From assembly GCA_001600815.1 (NCBI GenBank), contig BCKZ01000003.1:748581-812580 (forward strand): 64,000 nucleotides of DNA, in the 5' to 3' direction. The position numbers and the translations under genes were made by a program. The DNA is from Alloascoidea hylecoeti (lineage: Eukaryota). Below, in pieces: positions 63,441 through 64,000 of the stretch. Under the pieces are notes generated by a model. It saw only the letters and a list, made by a program, of their open reading frames with translations, searched no databases and was not told where the DNA came from. The first letter of the stretch is position 1. Every line of letters starts with the position of its first letter.

Positions 63441-64000
63441 ATAATTAATATATGGTAAATACATATAAAGTCTACACTATTTTGTATTTTTCTTTCTTTC
63501 TTTCTTTCTTTCTCACAAATAAAAACTAATATTTTTCTAATCATTTATTTTATTATTTCAATTGCTTTTAAATGATAAAATAAATGGATAGAAGGTATAA
63601 ATTTAATTTATTAGAAGTTTTAATTGGAAATTATACTGGTAGAGTACTTTTTGTTAATATATGGATGGGACCACTTGGTCGAGTAATATTGCATGATGCG
63701 ATCGAATTATTTATCTAAACTTTATGCGAATATATAAGCTAACAAGTGGTCCATATTAACAAAAAGTACAGTGTATGAAAAAAATGATGTTTGGGTGTAG
63801 CTGACATAATCTTTTAATGCTCACACTTTTAACTTAATTGATCATGATAAAGGAATTTTAATTATATTGGTATGAATTTTGTAAAAACAGCAATATGGGG
63901 GCCTGATCCTAAAGAACAGGTAAGTAATTAGTTATTAGTGTGATATTATATGATAAAGGAATATATCTTAATTCAAATATTTCATTAATGTGGGATAATA

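Noticed and set aside
1..64000. tRNA, rRNA, CRISPR or telomeric arrays
   Set aside because: No cloverleaf around GTTCG-like hits, no rRNA signatures and no regularly spaced repeat-spacer array seen by eye; tRNAscan-SE and Infernal would be decisive.

Overview
AT-rich eukaryotic DNA from an intron-rich budding-yeast-like ascomycete. Evidence: short GT..(C/T)TAAC..AG introns, yeast-type OCA5/NOP13/KIN4/CUB1 genes, and CTG codons at the invariant leucines of a kinase HRDLKLEN motif (so CUG=Leu). I could reconstruct about 17 protein-coding genes: a truncated 3' gene end, AIM24, a MedA-like regulator, MIOX, DUR31, OCA5, a DAGK/sphingosine-kinase-like gene, NOP13, an orphan SAP+3xHRDC-like gene, a class II sirtuin, PHO84, two tandem CUB1-like paralogues (plus an inverted pseudogene), a GST, MRPL16, RFC5, KIN4, MSS1 and IND1. 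Highlights: (1) a complete TPP riboswitch in intron 3 of DUR31, with a visible long-range pairing between the 5' splice-site region and the aptamer P1 strand; (2) MIOX starting only 115 bp after the DUR31 stop; (3) a GC-rich, E-box-dense PHO84 promoter that looks bidirectional and may drive an unannotated spliced gene; (4) the SAP+3xHRDC orphan; (5) a rapidly diverging CUB1 array; (6) pervasive intergenic repeats of palindromic hexamers. I recognised no tRNA, rRNA or CRISPR. All family assignments come from motif recall, not database searches.
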